64,000 bases of DNA, from positions 54,292-118,291 of the IMG/VR virus record IMGVR_UViG_3300022752_002834. The stretch is one strand, 5' to 3'. Source of the DNA: a virus. The translations under genes and the position numbers were made by a program. The notes beneath the pieces were generated by a model. That model made no database searches and was not told the origin of the DNA. It saw nothing but the letters and a program-made list of their open reading frames with translations. Positions 29,493 through 38,530 of this stretch are shown here, in pieces (the stretch's first letter is position 1; the number at the start of each line of letters is the position of its first letter).

Positions 29493-29702
29493 TCACTTTG
29501 TATTATCTTTAATCCAATTGACTAATGTATTTACGACTATGGCTACTACTGGAACGACCAAAGCCGACGCTGAACCGAGGTCAACGTTAGAAATATGTTC
29601 GCCAACGTATGTTAGAACAGCAGCTAAACCAACAAGTAAAGCATTTTTACCAACACTAACAACGTCGTTTATATCTACCGAAAAAGCTTTTGAAGTTAAC
29701 AT
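29493..29702 (-). CDS. Small two-TM protein, putative holin
   Basis: Two hydrophobic helices and a charged C-terminus. Confidence 0.55.
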   Translation of the reverse strand: MLTSKAFSVDINDVVSVGKNALLVGLAAVLTYVGEHISNVDLGSASALVVPVVAIVVNTLVNWIKDNTK

Positions 29703-29703
29703 T

Positions 29704-30330
29704 TTATTCCCCTTTTAGGATTGTGAGACTAACGATAAAACCACCGTGACTATTTTCATTTATTTTATATGGAAAGCCTACTAACCTTACTTTTTCATTA
29801 TGACAATTTATTGTTTCTTTTACAAATTTTCTATTCATTTGTAGGCATGAATTGAACTCTTCGAAGAGTTCTTCTCTTTCTTCTTCTTTTATGTACGTAA
29901 GCCAATCATATCCTTCTACACTTGTAACACTGTCCGATGTCAAATCGTAAAAATTACTATTTGTCCATGTTAATCTTCCATGCTCGTCCGTTTCAAATAA
30001 AGCAACATTGTTATAATGTAATGCGGCTTTTGTTCTTTGTTCTATTACTTTTTGTCTAAATTCTATTCTAGAGCAGGTTCCTCTTAGGTCTATTATAGCA
30101 TCTTTAATGCTATTTCCACCATTGGTGGTTAGCTCTTTTTTAATGGTATTTACTGATTTTTTAAGATCGTTTTGATTTTCTATTATCTGTATTAGTGGTC
30201 TGATGATCTTTGCCCAACCTATGCTAAAAAATGTAATTAGACCACCAAGCACACTGAAAACTAAAGTAATATTTTCTGGGTTTCTTAGATCTAGCATATT
30301 GGCTCCCCAAAAGATAGTCAGGGTGGGCAT
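29704..30330 (-). CDS. Membrane-anchored PAS-domain protein
   Basis: TM helix, NGGNSIKD motif, then LFETDEHGRLTWTN...LT...EGYDWLTYI..EERE (PAS signature). Likely start is ATG 30297, preceded by GGGGAG. Confidence 0.75.
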   Translation of the reverse strand: MPTLTIFWGANMLDLRNPENITLVFSVLGGLITFFSIGWAKIIRPLIQIIENQNDLKKSVNTIKKELTTNGGNSIKDAIIDLRGTCSRIEFRQKVIEQRTKAALHYNNVALFETDEHGRLTWTNSNFYDLTSDSVTSVEGYDWLTYIKEEEREELFEEFNSCLQMNRKFVKETINCHNEKVRLVGFPYKINENSHGGFIVSLTILKGE

Positions 30331-30351
30331 TCATAGAACACCCACCTTGAC
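30317..30351 (-). terminator. Hairpin/terminator downstream of 30372..31004
   Basis: GTCAGGGTGGG/CCCACCTTGAC stem followed by TATCTTTT on the minus strand. Confidence 0.55.
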
Positions 30352-30371
30352 CAATAACTACCGTTTTAAAA

Positions 30372-31004
30372 TTACGATTCGTAGCTATTTTTTGCCTTGT
30401 ACTCATTGGTTGTTGGAGCAGCCAACGCACCAAAATGATATGTAAGTTCGCCGGGAACACTTCTTGTTGGTGAAGCAGCATCGTCAACACCAGTAGTTGT
30501 TGTTCCATCGTCGGCCTGTACATATTGTGAAAGACCGCCAGCACCAGTACCTTTTGTTCTACCGGGTACAACGTTACCATTTGGAACCGCTAGCACATTG
30601 AAATTAGCATCAGCATAAGCACCAAGCTTGCGTGTTGATGTAAGTTTGTGAATGCTTACTGGAGTTTTGTTTCCACCAACAGCAAGAACTGTTGAAGAAG
30701 TATTATTGACTTTACCAGCATTAGTATCACCAGCGGCTCTTAGTAGAAAGTTTGTGCCTTTTGCTGGTGTATAAGCAAATGTGCCAGAACTAACGGCTTT
30801 TGTTACACCGTGAGGATCGGCATTGCTAGCACCACCATTGGTATCAGCAACTACTTTTGAGCCATAACTTTTTTTTGATCCATTTACTTCAGTTAAATCT
30901 AGAACATTGGCTATTGGACCAGAAGCAGAAACATTACCAGCAGCAACCATTGTGCCACCATTTCTTTTTTCTGCTCCAGAACCTTGTGGTCTTGCAATTG
31001 ACAT
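30372..31004 (-). CDS. Gly/Ala/Thr-rich protein, putative virion structural protein
   Basis: Composition, strong RBS, its own GTGTATA element and terminator. Confidence 0.6.
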   Translation of the reverse strand: MSIARPQGSGAEKRNGGTMVAAGNVSASGPIANVLDLTEVNGSKKSYGSKVVADTNGGASNADPHGVTKAVSSGTFAYTPAKGTNFLLRAAGDTNAGKVNNTSSTVLAVGGNKTPVSIHKLTSTRKLGAYADANFNVLAVPNGNVVPGRTKGTGAGGLSQYVQADDGTTTTGVDDAASPTRSVPGELTYHFGALAAPTTNEYKAKNSYES

Positions 31005-31081
31005 ATTAATCTCCTATTTATAGATATTATTTTCATAAACCACATCCTTTTAAGGTCCAATTCCTAATATAGTATACACGC

Positions 31082-31555
31082 TCAAGAGAATTTATTAGCT
31101 ATTTTTTTGAATACTTTGTGCATTTTCCTACGTGTGCTTTCTCTATTTTTATCGTACTTTTCGGCCATTTCTGCTATAGTCATATTAGCTAGCCTGTCCA
31201 TGAAGATTTCTTTTTCTTCGTCATCTTGTAGTTCGTCTAATAAATCTATAATCAAAAACTGGTTTCTACTACTAGATATATTATCATGTAATTTACCAGT
31301 ATTTCTTAGTGATTTTTGATTGAACTTTATTTCCTTCATACACTCTATAAATACGCCATTATATAGATAGGTCGTAAATTTAGCTCCCTTTTGGGGATCA
31401 TGATTTACAAATGTTTTCCATAAAGCGTTTAACTGGCATGTTTTTATGGTGTCAGTATCTAATTGGTTTTTAAATCTCTTAGAAGCCTTATTCATTATCT
31501 TGACTATATTTGTGTCCTTCAACGCTTCTTCAATCTTGTTATTTAAGCAATCCAT
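31082..31555 (-). CDS. Small sigma70-family-like factor (regions 2 and 4)
   Basis: ALWK...HDPQKGAKFTTYLY (region 2) and MTIAEMAEKYDKNRESTRR (region 4 HTH). Confidence 0.75.
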   Translation of the reverse strand: MDCLNNKIEEALKDTNIVKIMNKASKRFKNQLDTDTIKTCQLNALWKTFVNHDPQKGAKFTTYLYNGVFIECMKEIKFNQKSLRNTGKLHDNISSSRNQFLIIDLLDELQDDEEKEIFMDRLANMTIAEMAEKYDKNRESTRRKMHKVFKKIANKFS

Positions 31556-31561
31556 AATTCA

Positions 31562-32005
31562 TCAATCTCCTTCTTCTAGTAAAGAATCCTCGATATATTG
31601 TCTAACATCTTTAAAGTCGAACATTTTACCTATACCAATAAAAAAACGATATCTACTGCAAATTTTTAGTACTTCAACCCCCGGAATCTTGTTCAATATA
31701 TTCTTAATTGTGGGAGTAACATCAAAGTTTGTATGTCCTATCCAGCAGTCAAAAGTAGAGAGCATTGTTATATCATCTATTAGCTGGTTTGTTATCGGCA
31801 AAAGTGGGCTGATGATCTTAAGATTTTTGTCATCATCACTTTCATCAGTATAGGTGTCCTCATCGTCTTCTTCATCGTCATCTTCATCAACGTGAAGGTT
31901 AGTGGTTGCAATATTTTGCAATATATTTGTTAAGATTGGTGAAGTTAACTGTTTTTCTATAAAGTCTTCGTACTTTTGCCAACCTATCTTTTTGTTATTC
32001 TTCAT
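31562..32005 (-). CDS. Hypothetical protein with an acidic tract
   Basis: ORF with RBS. Confidence 0.65.
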   Translation of the reverse strand: MKNNKKIGWQKYEDFIEKQLTSPILTNILQNIATTNLHVDEDDDEEDDEDTYTDESDDDKNLKIISPLLPITNQLIDDITMLSTFDCWIGHTNFDVTPTIKNILNKIPGVEVLKICSRYRFFIGIGKMFDFKDVRQYIEDSLLEEGD

Positions 32006-32024
32006 TTTGACTCCTTTACTGTGC

Positions 32025-32381
32025 CTACCTTAACATGTCTGAAGGCTTAATGCAAGGTTCGTATTTTGTTTTCTCCTTGTGGCTGTTTACTATCTTTTCC
32101 CTCACATTATTATTTATGCAGGTTAATATCTTGAATAAGATATCCTCTTGATGAGACTTAAGCAGCATACTTTTTAACATGTTGACGGTATCTAAATAGA
32201 ACATATCATTACCTAAAACGTCTAATAGAGAACAAAGTGCTTCTACGCATTGGTCATCATTATCATTCAATGCAACATCTATCATGGGTTCAGAGGAATC
32301 TCGTTTTATAAGATAAGTAATAGATGCTATTGTATCGTTATTTTCTTGCTCATCTGTCTTTTTTTTGAAAAAATTAAACAT
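32025..32381 (-). CDS. Hypothetical protein
   Basis: ORF in operon. Confidence 0.6.
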   Translation of the reverse strand: MFNFFKKKTDEQENNDTIASITYLIKRDSSEPMIDVALNDNDDQCVEALCSLLDVLGNDMFYLDTVNMLKSMLLKSHQEDILFKILTCINNNVREKIVNSHKEKTKYEPCIKPSDMLR

Positions 32382-33438
32382 GTTTTATCATCTCTCTTGC
32401 CGTGTTTTGCCAAGTAAACTTTTTTGCTGTTTCAACTCCATTTGTATTGCAAGTTAATTGGTTATTTTTCTTTTTATCATGAACCTGTCTCATATGATTG
32501 ATAAAAGTTGTTATTTCGGTATCAGATATCTTAGCCCAATTACCCTGACCAAAAAACCACTTATTATCTACAGCCTTTTCTACAGTATCAATATCAACTA
32601 ACATTGCATTTTCTTGATTGCAAAACTCTGTATGTGCGGAATAATTGGTGGTGATAACAGTTTTACCACAAGACATTAGTTCTAATAGCTCTAAATTCCA
32701 ACCTTCTGCTCTAGAAGGAAATATTCCACAATCAACCTGTGACATTATATTATACACTTGCTCTTGTGTATGCATCCTTGAAAATATTCTGATTTTAGAG
32801 CCTAATTTTGAGCCATAATAAAGATTTTGCCAATTTTTTGCTTCTTCTTCAGATAAGAATGGATTTTCACACATAAGCCAAAGTTGTACATCGTCTTCCT
32901 CGCTAAATGCATCGTTAAATAGTTTAACAAGCAGATCATGTCCTTTTCTTACTTCCCATTTTCCGCAATTATAAAATATTGTTGGACCGTCATTATTTAC
33001 TGCACATGGTTTAAAAATGGAAGAATCAACACCAAGTGGTATAACATTGACATTTTTTTCTGCTATATTAATGTTCTTGAGTATGATGCTTTTAGCCCAA
33101 GAAGAGCATACGAAAATTTTGTCTAGAAATGATAGATTGTGTTTTTCTAGTTCTGAAAAAAGATCCAATTCAAATATTGGAAAGCCTATTTTTGTGCCTC
33201 GTCCCACAAACTGGGCCATATCATGTTGATGCCATATTCTTACGCATGGTGCTTCGTAATCAAAGAACTGATTATTTTTTATGGCTTGACTGATAACATT
33301 GGCGTCTGCTTGAGTGGTGATTTGTGGCTGAGATATAGGCCACAACGCAACATCCTCTATTTTAGAGAGAGCCTTCACTATATTAAGGCCAGTTAATCCG
33401 TATCCTAATTGATTTATTGGTGATATAATATTTATCAT
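32374..33438 (-). CDS. Glycosyltransferase family 4 (GT-B fold)
   Basis: IPLGVD, RKGHDLL and PSRAEGWNLELLE (ExxxxxxxE). Confidence 0.9.
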   Translation of the reverse strand: MINIISPINQLGYGLTGLNIVKALSKIEDVALWPISQPQITTQADANVISQAIKNNQFFDYEAPCVRIWHQHDMAQFVGRGTKIGFPIFELDLFSELEKHNLSFLDKIFVCSSWAKSIILKNINIAEKNVNVIPLGVDSSIFKPCAVNNDGPTIFYNCGKWEVRKGHDLLVKLFNDAFSEEDDVQLWLMCENPFLSEEEAKNWQNLYYGSKLGSKIRIFSRMHTQEQVYNIMSQVDCGIFPSRAEGWNLELLELMSCGKTVITTNYSAHTEFCNQENAMLVDIDTVEKAVDNKWFFGQGNWAKISDTEITTFINHMRQVHDKKKNNQLTCNTNGVETAKKFTWQNTAREMIKHV

Positions 33439-33990
33439 TTATTTCTCCGAAAAAAAGAACCATCTTGAAAGACTTGTTACGTCTGAGCATTTATTAATTT
33501 TGGATAAGTATTCTATTAAGTCTGAGTGCGAACTAAAGATATGCTCATGCGGTAACATGAAAAATAGCCAATTTGGAGCGTGTTGTTTGCCTTGTTCGCA
33601 CCACACAAGAACAGGCTTTTTTTGCCTATTTGCAGTAACGATTTCCTCGTATGTTCCACACGCATGAACACTTAAGTCTATATGAGCTATAATGAAGTCC
33701 GATACATCAACACATCTTAAATCAGCGTTTCTTATAATGCTAAATTTTTCCCTTATCTTTGAATATTGTCCTGTCTCTTTATAATAATCTATCCACCATC
33801 TTGTTTCGTCATCTTCTTTTACGCCATAGATTTGTTTATCGCATGGGTTGATAATCTTTATGCCAAAACCTTCTATTAAATCAGATATCTGATTTCTCCA
33901 AGATTTTCCACCATCTTTTACCCTGTCCATAGCTCCAACAAGGTATGTTTTAGTGCCAAATAAATTATTTTTTGAATCCATCGTTGTCAC
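33439..33990 (-). CDS. Nucleoside 2-deoxyribosyltransferase / nucleotide N-glycosidase-like protein
   Basis: TYLVGAM, INPC, DLRCVDVSDFIIA, GTYEE...A...KPV. Confidence 0.75.
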   Translation of the reverse strand: MTTMDSKNNLFGTKTYLVGAMDRVKDGGKSWRNQISDLIEGFGIKIINPCDKQIYGVKEDDETRWWIDYYKETGQYSKIREKFSIIRNADLRCVDVSDFIIAHIDLSVHACGTYEEIVTANRQKKPVLVWCEQGKQHAPNWLFFMLPHEHIFSSHSDLIEYLSKINKCSDVTSLSRWFFFSEK

Positions 33991-34372
33991 TCCACCATAT
34001 TTTTGTTATGTCGAGAGCCTCTAAAATTTGAGTACATTGATCGCACGGCTTACTACATCTCAACTGACCACGCTTATTAAGTCTTATAACTACCATTCTT
34101 AATGTATTGTCTATGTAATGCTTGCCCCATAATCTAGATATTAGATCAGTCTCCGCGTGAAGATATGGGTGTTCGGTATCAGTATTGAAACGTTTAGCAA
34201 GTATCAATGCCTGTGGATGAGTTTTTTCTGGATTATTTTGCCCTATAGCAAGAAGTTTGTTTTTCTTAAAGCCAAACGCAAAATGAAAAAATTTATTCTT
34301 TGAATTTCTTGCGTTTTTTGCTTTAGGTAAAAGCGACAATGCTATATCTAGTGATTGATGTATGAGACTCAT
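33965..34372 (-). CDS. Zn-dependent cytidine/deoxycytidylate deaminase-fold protein
   Basis: HAE...SKPCDQC. Confidence 0.8.
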   Translation of the reverse strand: MSLIHQSLDIALSLLPKAKNARNSKNKFFHFAFGFKKNKLLAIGQNNPEKTHPQALILAKRFNTDTEHPYLHAETDLISRLWGKHYIDNTLRMVVIRLNKRGQLRCSKPCDQCTQILEALDITKIWWSDNDGFKK

Positions 34373-34373
34373 A

Positions 34374-34724
34374 TTATTTCTTAAGTGCTATTAATAGGAA
34401 TTCTTGAACGCTTTGAGGAATTTGATTTGAAGAAAACACTCGCTTGGTTACTCTGGTTGCTTCTGATTTTTTCATTCCTAACGCACGTAGAGCTTCCACG
34501 CAGTCTATATAAAGTTGCTGAGACTCTATGCTTGGCTTATCCAGTGTAGTAACCTTGATATTGTTTACAACTCTTGGCGAATCTTCCATATAACCAATAA
34601 TAAATAGGTCGTTTGTGCATGAAGAATCTGCTGCAAGATATGCTTTGATTGTCAAGTATATAACAAGTCCAGCAAACATCAATGCAAATATTTGTCCAAC
34701 GTATGGTTCTGGTTGTGGGTTCAT
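34374..34724 (-). CDS. Membrane protein with a RuvA C-terminal-like domain
   Basis: N-terminal TM; DCVEALRALGMKKSEA...SVQEFLLIALK. Confidence 0.6.
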   Translation of the reverse strand: MNPQPEPYVGQIFALMFAGLVIYLTIKAYLAADSSCTNDLFIIGYMEDSPRVVNNIKVTTLDKPSIESQQLYIDCVEALRALGMKKSEATRVTKRVFSSNQIPQSVQEFLLIALKK

Positions 34725-34742
34725 AATTTTCTCCTACGCTTG

Positions 34743-34770
34743 ATTATAGCGTAGTATCGTCTTTTGTCAA
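34743..34770 (-). promoter_or_regulatory. sigma70-like promoter
   Basis: TTGACA-N16-TATAAT with CGATAC in the spacer. Confidence 0.7.
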
Positions 34771-34784
34771 GGTCGAACATTAAC

Positions 34785-34816
34785 AAAAAAGCCCGTTCAC
34801 ATTGCTGCAAACGGGC
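34785..34816 (-). terminator. Intrinsic terminator after ssb
   Basis: GCCCGTT/AACGGGC stem followed by T6. Confidence 0.75.
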
Positions 34817-34842
34817 CAGTTTGTCAAGTTGTTAAGTTAAGT

Positions 34843-35178
34843 TCAAGTTTCTTTATCTTCTATTGATACAGTATTAGCTGGTCCAAGAGAGATTTCGTCT
34901 GCCATTACACAGACAGAATTCTTTGTATTACCATCCTTATCCTGATAGTCATCGATTTTTAACTTTCCTTGAACACCAACAAGACGGCCCTTAGTAAGAT
35001 GTTCCTTTAGTGCTTCTGCCATCTTGCCAAAGCAAAGAACATTTAGATAGAGTGTATCATCATTTCTTCTATCATTAACAGCCATTCGAAACTTAGCCAT
35101 AGCAGTACCCTTTTGGGTTGTGCTTAGTTCCGCATCTCTAGTTAATCTACCACAACCAAGCCATGTATTAATATTCAT
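34843..35178 (-). CDS. ssb: Single-stranded DNA-binding protein
   Basis: GRLTRDAEL, FRMAVN, FGKMAE, KGRLVGVQGKL. Confidence 0.92.
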   Translation of the reverse strand: MNINTWLGCGRLTRDAELSTTQKGTAMAKFRMAVNDRRNDDTLYLNVLCFGKMAEALKEHLTKGRLVGVQGKLKIDDYQDKDGNTKNSVCVMADEISLGPANTVSIEDKET

Positions 35179-35182
35179 ACAA

Positions 35183-35500
35183 TTATACCTCCAGTGCTGA
35201 ACGAATTCTACCTCTAACTACCTGTGTGTCACCATGATTATAAGTACCAAGAGTAGCACTATAAACATTTCTAGCAAACTTTCTTGAAATACCTAGCAAA
35301 CGAGCAGCGTATTCTGTTTCATCTCTTGTATTATCAAAAAGACCAAAGCCACTCTTGTGTGCTAGTGCTGTGATTGGATTAAGTGTAAATCCACGATTCC
35401 AGCCACTTTGAATCTTTGCTACAACTCTATTGCCATCTACATCCCAATGGTATGCATTAGCAACATTTTCTAATCTATCAAAAAATTCTGAACGATCCAT
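35183..35500 (-). CDS. Hypothetical protein
   Basis: ORF with RBS. Confidence 0.6.
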   Translation of the reverse strand: MDRSEFFDRLENVANAYHWDVDGNRVVAKIQSGWNRGFTLNPITALAHKSGFGLFDNTRDETEYAARLLGISRKFARNVYSATLGTYNHGDTQVVRGRIRSALEV

Positions 35501-35501
35501 A

Positions 35502-35687
35502 TCAATCCTCCTTACTTTGCTTTAGTAAATCTTGAGAACACTTTTCAATATTCTCTACACCGCTATGAAGATAAGCGTTTAGCTTATCAATTTCTTCGCC
35601 AATATTTTTCTGTTGATTCTTTAGCTCTTCTACTCTTAATGCAACATTCTGTAGATGAGCCTTAGCCATATCCAAAATCATATTCAT
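35502..35687 (-). CDS. Small coiled-coil protein
   Basis: ORF with RBS. Confidence 0.55.
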   Translation of the reverse strand: MNMILDMAKAHLQNVALRVEELKNQQKNIGEEIDKLNAYLHSGVENIEKCSQDLLKQSKED

Positions 35688-35736
35688 GTTATTCTGTCTC
35701 CTTAAAATATTATATGGGCCTATAGGTTAAAAAACA

Positions 35737-35940
35737 CTATCTACTTTCATAGGTAACATAGTCCAATACCTTATCATGTGACCATCCCTCGTTGTAATTA
35801 CCTTCTGTAGATAATTCTGCTAATTCTGTGTAGTTTTTCTGTAATGTAAATATAAGATTTGATAAGAAATCAATTTTATTATTCTTGATACATTCATCTA
35901 CTAAATTTTTGATTTCGGATAATTTAATGTTTTTAGTCAT
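35737..35940 (-). CDS. Hypothetical protein
   Basis: Overlaps the upstream stop codon. Confidence 0.5.
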   Translation of the reverse strand: MTKNIKLSEIKNLVDECIKNNKIDFLSNLIFTLQKNYTELAELSTEGNYNEGWSHDKVLDYVTYESR

Positions 35941-36355
35941 ATAATGTTACTTCCACATTAGCTTCTTTGAACAACGTCTTTGATAATTCAAATTCATCTT
36001 TCCATCTTTCTGGCATATTATTATATGATACAACTCGCCTAATTCCAGTTTGGATTATGACGCTTGAGCAACGTGGACATGGCATAAATGGGTATGTATA
36101 AAGTGTACATGATTTTAATGATCTATTTGCAAATAAAATAGCATTCATTTCACCGTGTACTATTATCTTATACTTGGTTTCTCTTTCTTGCAATCTGCTA
36201 TCATCAATAATGTCTTGAGGGAATCCATTATAACCAACAGATATTATTCTGTTGTTTTCATCAGTTATTACTGCACCAACTTTAGTTGATGGGTCTTTAG
36301 ACCAGCTAGAAATAAATTCTGCTAGATCTAAAAATCTGTAATCCCATTTGTTCAT
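35933..36355 (-). CDS. dCMP deaminase
   Basis: SKDPSTKVGA, GYNGFP, HGEMNAI, PCPRC. Confidence 0.93.
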   Translation of the reverse strand: MNKWDYRFLDLAEFISSWSKDPSTKVGAVITDENNRIISVGYNGFPQDIIDDSRLQERETKYKIIVHGEMNAILFANRSLKSCTLYTYPFMPCPRCSSVIIQTGIRRVVSYNNMPERWKDEFELSKTLFKEANVEVTLYD

Positions 36356-37467
36356 AATGATCTATCAAAATGAACTCTATTTACTCTAATGAATTCTGCA
36401 CACTTGGGTAAGTCTTTTATGCAAGATGCCCCAACATACGCACACGCACTGCGGATTCCACCAAGTATATCTAGCATAATATTTTCTGCTGATCCCTTGC
36501 ATGGGACTGTAATAACTCTTCCTTCACTAGATCTATAATCTTTTATTCCGCCATACTTTTCTTGTGCCTTGTGCGAACTCATTCCATAAAAAGTCAGAGA
36601 GACTTTACGTTTTTCTGTGTCATATCCCGGTTGTATTGGTTGCCAAAATTGTTTTGATGGGCCAGAAGGTTTTGTAAGATACTCATACTTCCACTCTCCT
36701 TCACATTCTTCTGATCCAGCAAACATTCCACCAAGCATAACAAAGTCTGCGTTAGCCGCAAAAGCCTTTACAACGTCTGCTGGTGTTCTACATCCACCGT
36801 CTGCACAAATCAATCCTCCAATGCCGTTCTTGTTTGTTAAACCATGAGCAGCATGAGAACATTCAGAAATAGCAGACAGTTGTGGATATCCAACTCCAGC
36901 CTTGAGTCTTGTTGTACAAGCAGATCCGGGACCAATGCCAACCTTTACTATATCTACTCCACCGTGAAGTATAAGCTCTTGTACCATTTCTGGTGTACAG
37001 ATATTACCCGCCATAATGATTGGTCGATTACCAAAGATATCCCTAACTTTCCTACAAAAGTTTACAAAATCATCCGTATAGCCATTAGCAACATCTATAC
37101 AAATATTGGGTACATCATTCACTGTTTCTGAAAACTGTGCAAGCTTTAATAGATCTTCATCTTTTATGCCGATGCTATACCAATAGTTGTTTAGATCTGA
37201 TAGTCTTTCTTGGTGATCTTCATTTGTATAATGCTTGTGAAGACATACTACGTTATTGAATTTGGTGCATAGCGAATCTGCCATGTCAAATGTTCCAGTT
37301 GTGTCCATGTTTGCAATCATTATTGGAACACCGCTCCAACTTTGAGAAGAGTGGTAGAAATTAAATTTTCTTTCTACTGATACACTGACCCTTGATGCCG
37401 CCCGCGATCTCTGTGGAACGAGTAATACATCATCAAAGTCCAATTTGGTATCATTAATAATTTTCAT
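36352..37467 (-). CDS. guaC: GMP reductase
   Basis: LDFDDVLL, ANMD, IDVANGY, KVGIGPGSACTTR, ADGG, FYGMSS, SEG; no CBS domains. Confidence 0.92.
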   Translation of the reverse strand: MKIINDTKLDFDDVLLVPQRSRAASRVSVSVERKFNFYHSSQSWSGVPIMIANMDTTGTFDMADSLCTKFNNVVCLHKHYTNEDHQERLSDLNNYWYSIGIKDEDLLKLAQFSETVNDVPNICIDVANGYTDDFVNFCRKVRDIFGNRPIIMAGNICTPEMVQELILHGGVDIVKVGIGPGSACTTRLKAGVGYPQLSAISECSHAAHGLTNKNGIGGLICADGGCRTPADVVKAFAANADFVMLGGMFAGSEECEGEWKYEYLTKPSGPSKQFWQPIQPGYDTEKRKVSLTFYGMSSHKAQEKYGGIKDYRSSEGRVITVPCKGSAENIMLDILGGIRSACAYVGASCIKDLPKCAEFIRVNRVHFDRSL

Positions 37468-37496
37468 GACTTTCCTTTGGTGTTACATAATACAAA

Positions 37497-37577
37497 TGGT
37501 GTGTGAAGGATTCGAACCTCCGAAGTATACACATCTGATTTACAGTCAGACCCCTTTGACCGCTCGGGAAACACACC
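37497..37577 (-). tRNA. tRNA-Tyr(GTA)
   Basis: GGTGTGT/ACACACC acceptor stem, CT-GTA-AA anticodon loop, GGTTCGAATCC T arm, long variable arm. Confidence 0.92.
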
Positions 37578-37629
37578 GAAAATATAACGGAGCAAGTTTC
37601 CCCACTCCGTTATACTCACTTTCAGTAAA

Positions 37630-38511
37630 TCAGACACTAACAACTTCACGATTAAGACGCTTTGCCAAAACTTGATTGATCTTCTCAATCTTGGCTGTTA
37701 CTTCAACAATCCACTCACGATTACGCTGCTTGCGTTGAACATATTCAACATCATCACTTGTCATATGCACAACCTTATCAAAGATACTATCGAATTCAGC
37801 AACAACCTCATAACGGCAACAACGAAGCTTTTGAAACTTATGATCCGTTGGGACGCTAACAACGTCGCGGGGATTAACCTTGCAGATCATGAGGCGATTA
37901 CCACCACCCTTGTCATCATCATCAAGATCAATACCACCATAACTCTTAGCATAATCAATCGCACCAACATGAAGACCGTGACCGCAGCCATTATCACGAT
38001 TGTTATCTACCTTATTACGTGCGACCTGACAGGTCGATCCGATGCTATTATCAAAAGTGCCAGAGTAAATATCCTTATAATCTTCGCGAACAGCCTTGTA
38101 CGCAAGGAAGCACCCATCATAAGTAATGGGCATATTCTTGTTCTCCATAAAATCGAACAATTCAACAACGGCATGATCAGAAGGATTCTGACTAAGATTG
38201 TCAAGGAAGTTAAGCATTGGCTCAAAAGGAAAGCCCTGCTTAACCATATCAAGAATAGTGCTTGTAAACATATTCGGCATCTTGATACCATCCCAACTCA
38301 AAGAACCATCTGTGCAATTAACATAACCCTCACAGTAGGCATTAACGTGAGAAACAATATCGTAAGCTGCTTCAAAATGCTCAACATTGTTACTCTTAAG
38401 ATGATTGATCAACTTATTGTAGTTAGGGTGCGACTTGCCGAAGCAATAGGTCTGACCGCTAACAATCGCAGTAACCGTACCATCATTTGCAATAATATAC
38501 TTTGTAGACAT
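37630..38511 (-). CDS. rIIB: rIIB-like protein
   Basis: DGCFLAYKAV, CGHGLHVG, VNPRDVVSVP, KLRCCRYEVV; directly downstream of rIIA. Confidence 0.88.
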   Translation of the reverse strand: MSTKYIIANDGTVTAIVSGQTYCFGKSHPNYNKLINHLKSNNVEHFEAAYDIVSHVNAYCEGYVNCTDGSLSWDGIKMPNMFTSTILDMVKQGFPFEPMLNFLDNLSQNPSDHAVVELFDFMENKNMPITYDGCFLAYKAVREDYKDIYSGTFDNSIGSTCQVARNKVDNNRDNGCGHGLHVGAIDYAKSYGGIDLDDDDKGGGNRLMICKVNPRDVVSVPTDHKFQKLRCCRYEVVAEFDSIFDKVVHMTSDDVEYVQRKQRNREWIVEVTAKIEKINQVLAKRLNREVVSV

Positions 38512-38530
38512 AATATTTCTCCTAGTTAAT

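Noticed and set aside
30224-30580. 118-aa alternative-frame ORF
   Set aside because: Spans a terminator and overlaps two better-supported genes.
37464-37688. 74-aa minus-strand and 76-aa plus-strand ORFs
   Set aside because: Overlap tRNA-Tyr.
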